This document shows, in pieces, positions 56,334-57,108 of a stretch of 57,108 nucleotides of DNA (positions are counted from its first letter, which is position 1; each line of letters opens with the position of its first letter). The position numbers and the translations under genes were made by a program. Origin of the DNA: an uncultured Clostridium sp. (lineage in GTDB: Bacteria; Bacillota; Clostridia; Oscillospirales; CAG-272); NCBI GenBank assembly GCA_964567085.1, contig CAZMKU010000002.1, positions 1 to 57,108 of the forward strand, written 5' to 3'. Under the pieces are notes generated by a model. The model searched no databases. It was not told the origin of the DNA and worked only from the letters and a program-made list of their open reading frames with translations.

Positions 56334-56362
56334 TTGAAAAAAGCGACAATATGTGTTAAAAT
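56334..56362 (+). promoter_or_regulatory. Probable hprK promoter
   Basis: TTGAAA (56334-56339), 17 nt, TAAAAT (56357-56362), with TGt immediately upstream of the -10 (extended -10). Confidence 0.5.
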
Positions 56363-56392
56363 CATTATATAAAAGTCTATTTGGAGGCAAAT

Positions 56393-57108
56393 ATGCAAGA
56401 AATTTATAGCATTCCTCTGTCAAAGCTTGCCGAGGAATTTAATCTTAAGCCTGTTTTTATTCCCGATAATTATGAAAACATTCTCGTTCAGAGCCCCGAG
56501 GTTATGCGCCCGGGTCTCAATCTCGCGGGATTTTATGAAATTTTTGACGCCGAAAGACTCCACCTCATCGGTAACGCCGAGCATCTTTATCTTTCCCAGC
56601 TTCCCGCAGAAGAAAGACGCCAAAAGATACAGCGGTTCGTTTACGCCCAGCCCAACGCGGTAATATTCACGTCGGGACTCGAGGTGTTCCCCGAATTTAT
56701 TGAATACGCAAGGGAAAAGAACGTACCCCTTTTTACGACCGAGGAAAAAACGTCTCCCATCGTTGCCGCTCTTATCAGCGCGCTCAATACCTATCTCGCG
56801 CCGAGAATCACGCGCCACGGCGTTCTCGTCGAGGTTTACGGCGAGGGTATTCTCCTCCTCGGTGACAGCGGCGTAGGTAAGAGTGAAACCGCTATCGAGC
56901 TTGTAAAGCGCGGTCACAGACTTATCGCGGACGACGCGGTCGAGATCAAGCGCGTTTCAGCCAAAACACTCGTCGGTTCCGCTCCCGAGATCATTCGTCA
57001 CTACGTTGAGCTTCGCGGTATCGGTATCGTTGACGTACGCCGCCTGTTCGGCATGGGTGCGGTTAAGGAGACCGAAAAGATCGACCTCGTTATCAATATC
57101 GAGCCTTG
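56393..57108 (+). CDS. hprK: HPr kinase/phosphorylase (3' end beyond the window)
   Basis: The ATG at 56393 follows GGAGG. MQEIYSIPLSKLAEEF...GVLVEVYGEGILLLGDSGVGKSETAIELVKRGHRLIADDAVEI contains the HprK P-loop and signature. The frame is open to the window end. Confidence 0.93.
   Translation, partial: MQEIYSIPLSKLAEEFNLKPVFIPDNYENILVQSPEVMRPGLNLAGFYEIFDAERLHLIGNAEHLYLSQLPAEERRQKIQRFVYAQPNAVIFTSGLEVFPEFIEYAREKNVPLFTTEEKTSPIVAALISALNTYLAPRITRHGVLVEVYGEGILLLGDSGVGKSETAIELVKRGHRLIADDAVEIKRVSAKTLVGSAPEIIRHYVELRGIGIVDVRRLFGMGAVKETEKIDLVINIEP

Overview
This 57.1-kb chromosomal window is from a Firmicute, most likely a spore-forming member of Clostridia. That guess rests on gene order and on the sporulation genes ytfI/ytfJ/dacB, and I hold it with low confidence. 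Most of the window is conserved housekeeping synteny. On the minus strand, 1-12.7 kb carries smc (N-terminal part), a radical SAM gene, rnc, trmFO, topA, dprA, a TrmH-family methyltransferase, rplT, rpmI and infC. On the plus strand, 13.2-23.1 kb carries lon, engB, lysA, an M50 protease, scpA, scpB, ytfI-like, ytfJ, dacB-like and rluB. On the minus strand, 44.5-48.6 kb carries rpoD, dnaG and a dGTPase-like HD gene. A 3'-truncated hprK lies at the right edge. Two accessory blocks interrupt this. (1) 23.2-44.3 kb is a carbohydrate-uptake region. It has a GPH symporter plus a carboxylesterase, then a tightly packed 14-kb minus-strand operon. That operon encodes a 1182-aa solute-binding protein with CBM-like N-terminal modules, four ABC permeases in two pairs, an NHL-propeller/TPR/Yip1 membrane fusion protein and a 1451-aa DUF5696-like secreted giant. 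It has no ATPase, no regulator and no recognisable glycoside hydrolase family. A second lipoprotein SBP plus HAD unit follows. (2) 48.8-54.0 kb is the candidate I consider most novel. A small XRE regulator is divergent from a three-gene operon: an SPFH (COG4260/YdjI-type) protein with three C-terminal zinc ribbons, a 4-TM protein, and an AT-rich 909-aa protein. The 909-aa protein is built as zinc ribbon, TIR, TPR, single TM, TPR-like region and BspA-type LRRs, so its predicted topology is a reversed Toll-like-receptor arrangement. I saw no rRNA, tRNA, CRISPR array, transposase or integrase. All domain calls come from reading motifs by eye; no searches were run.
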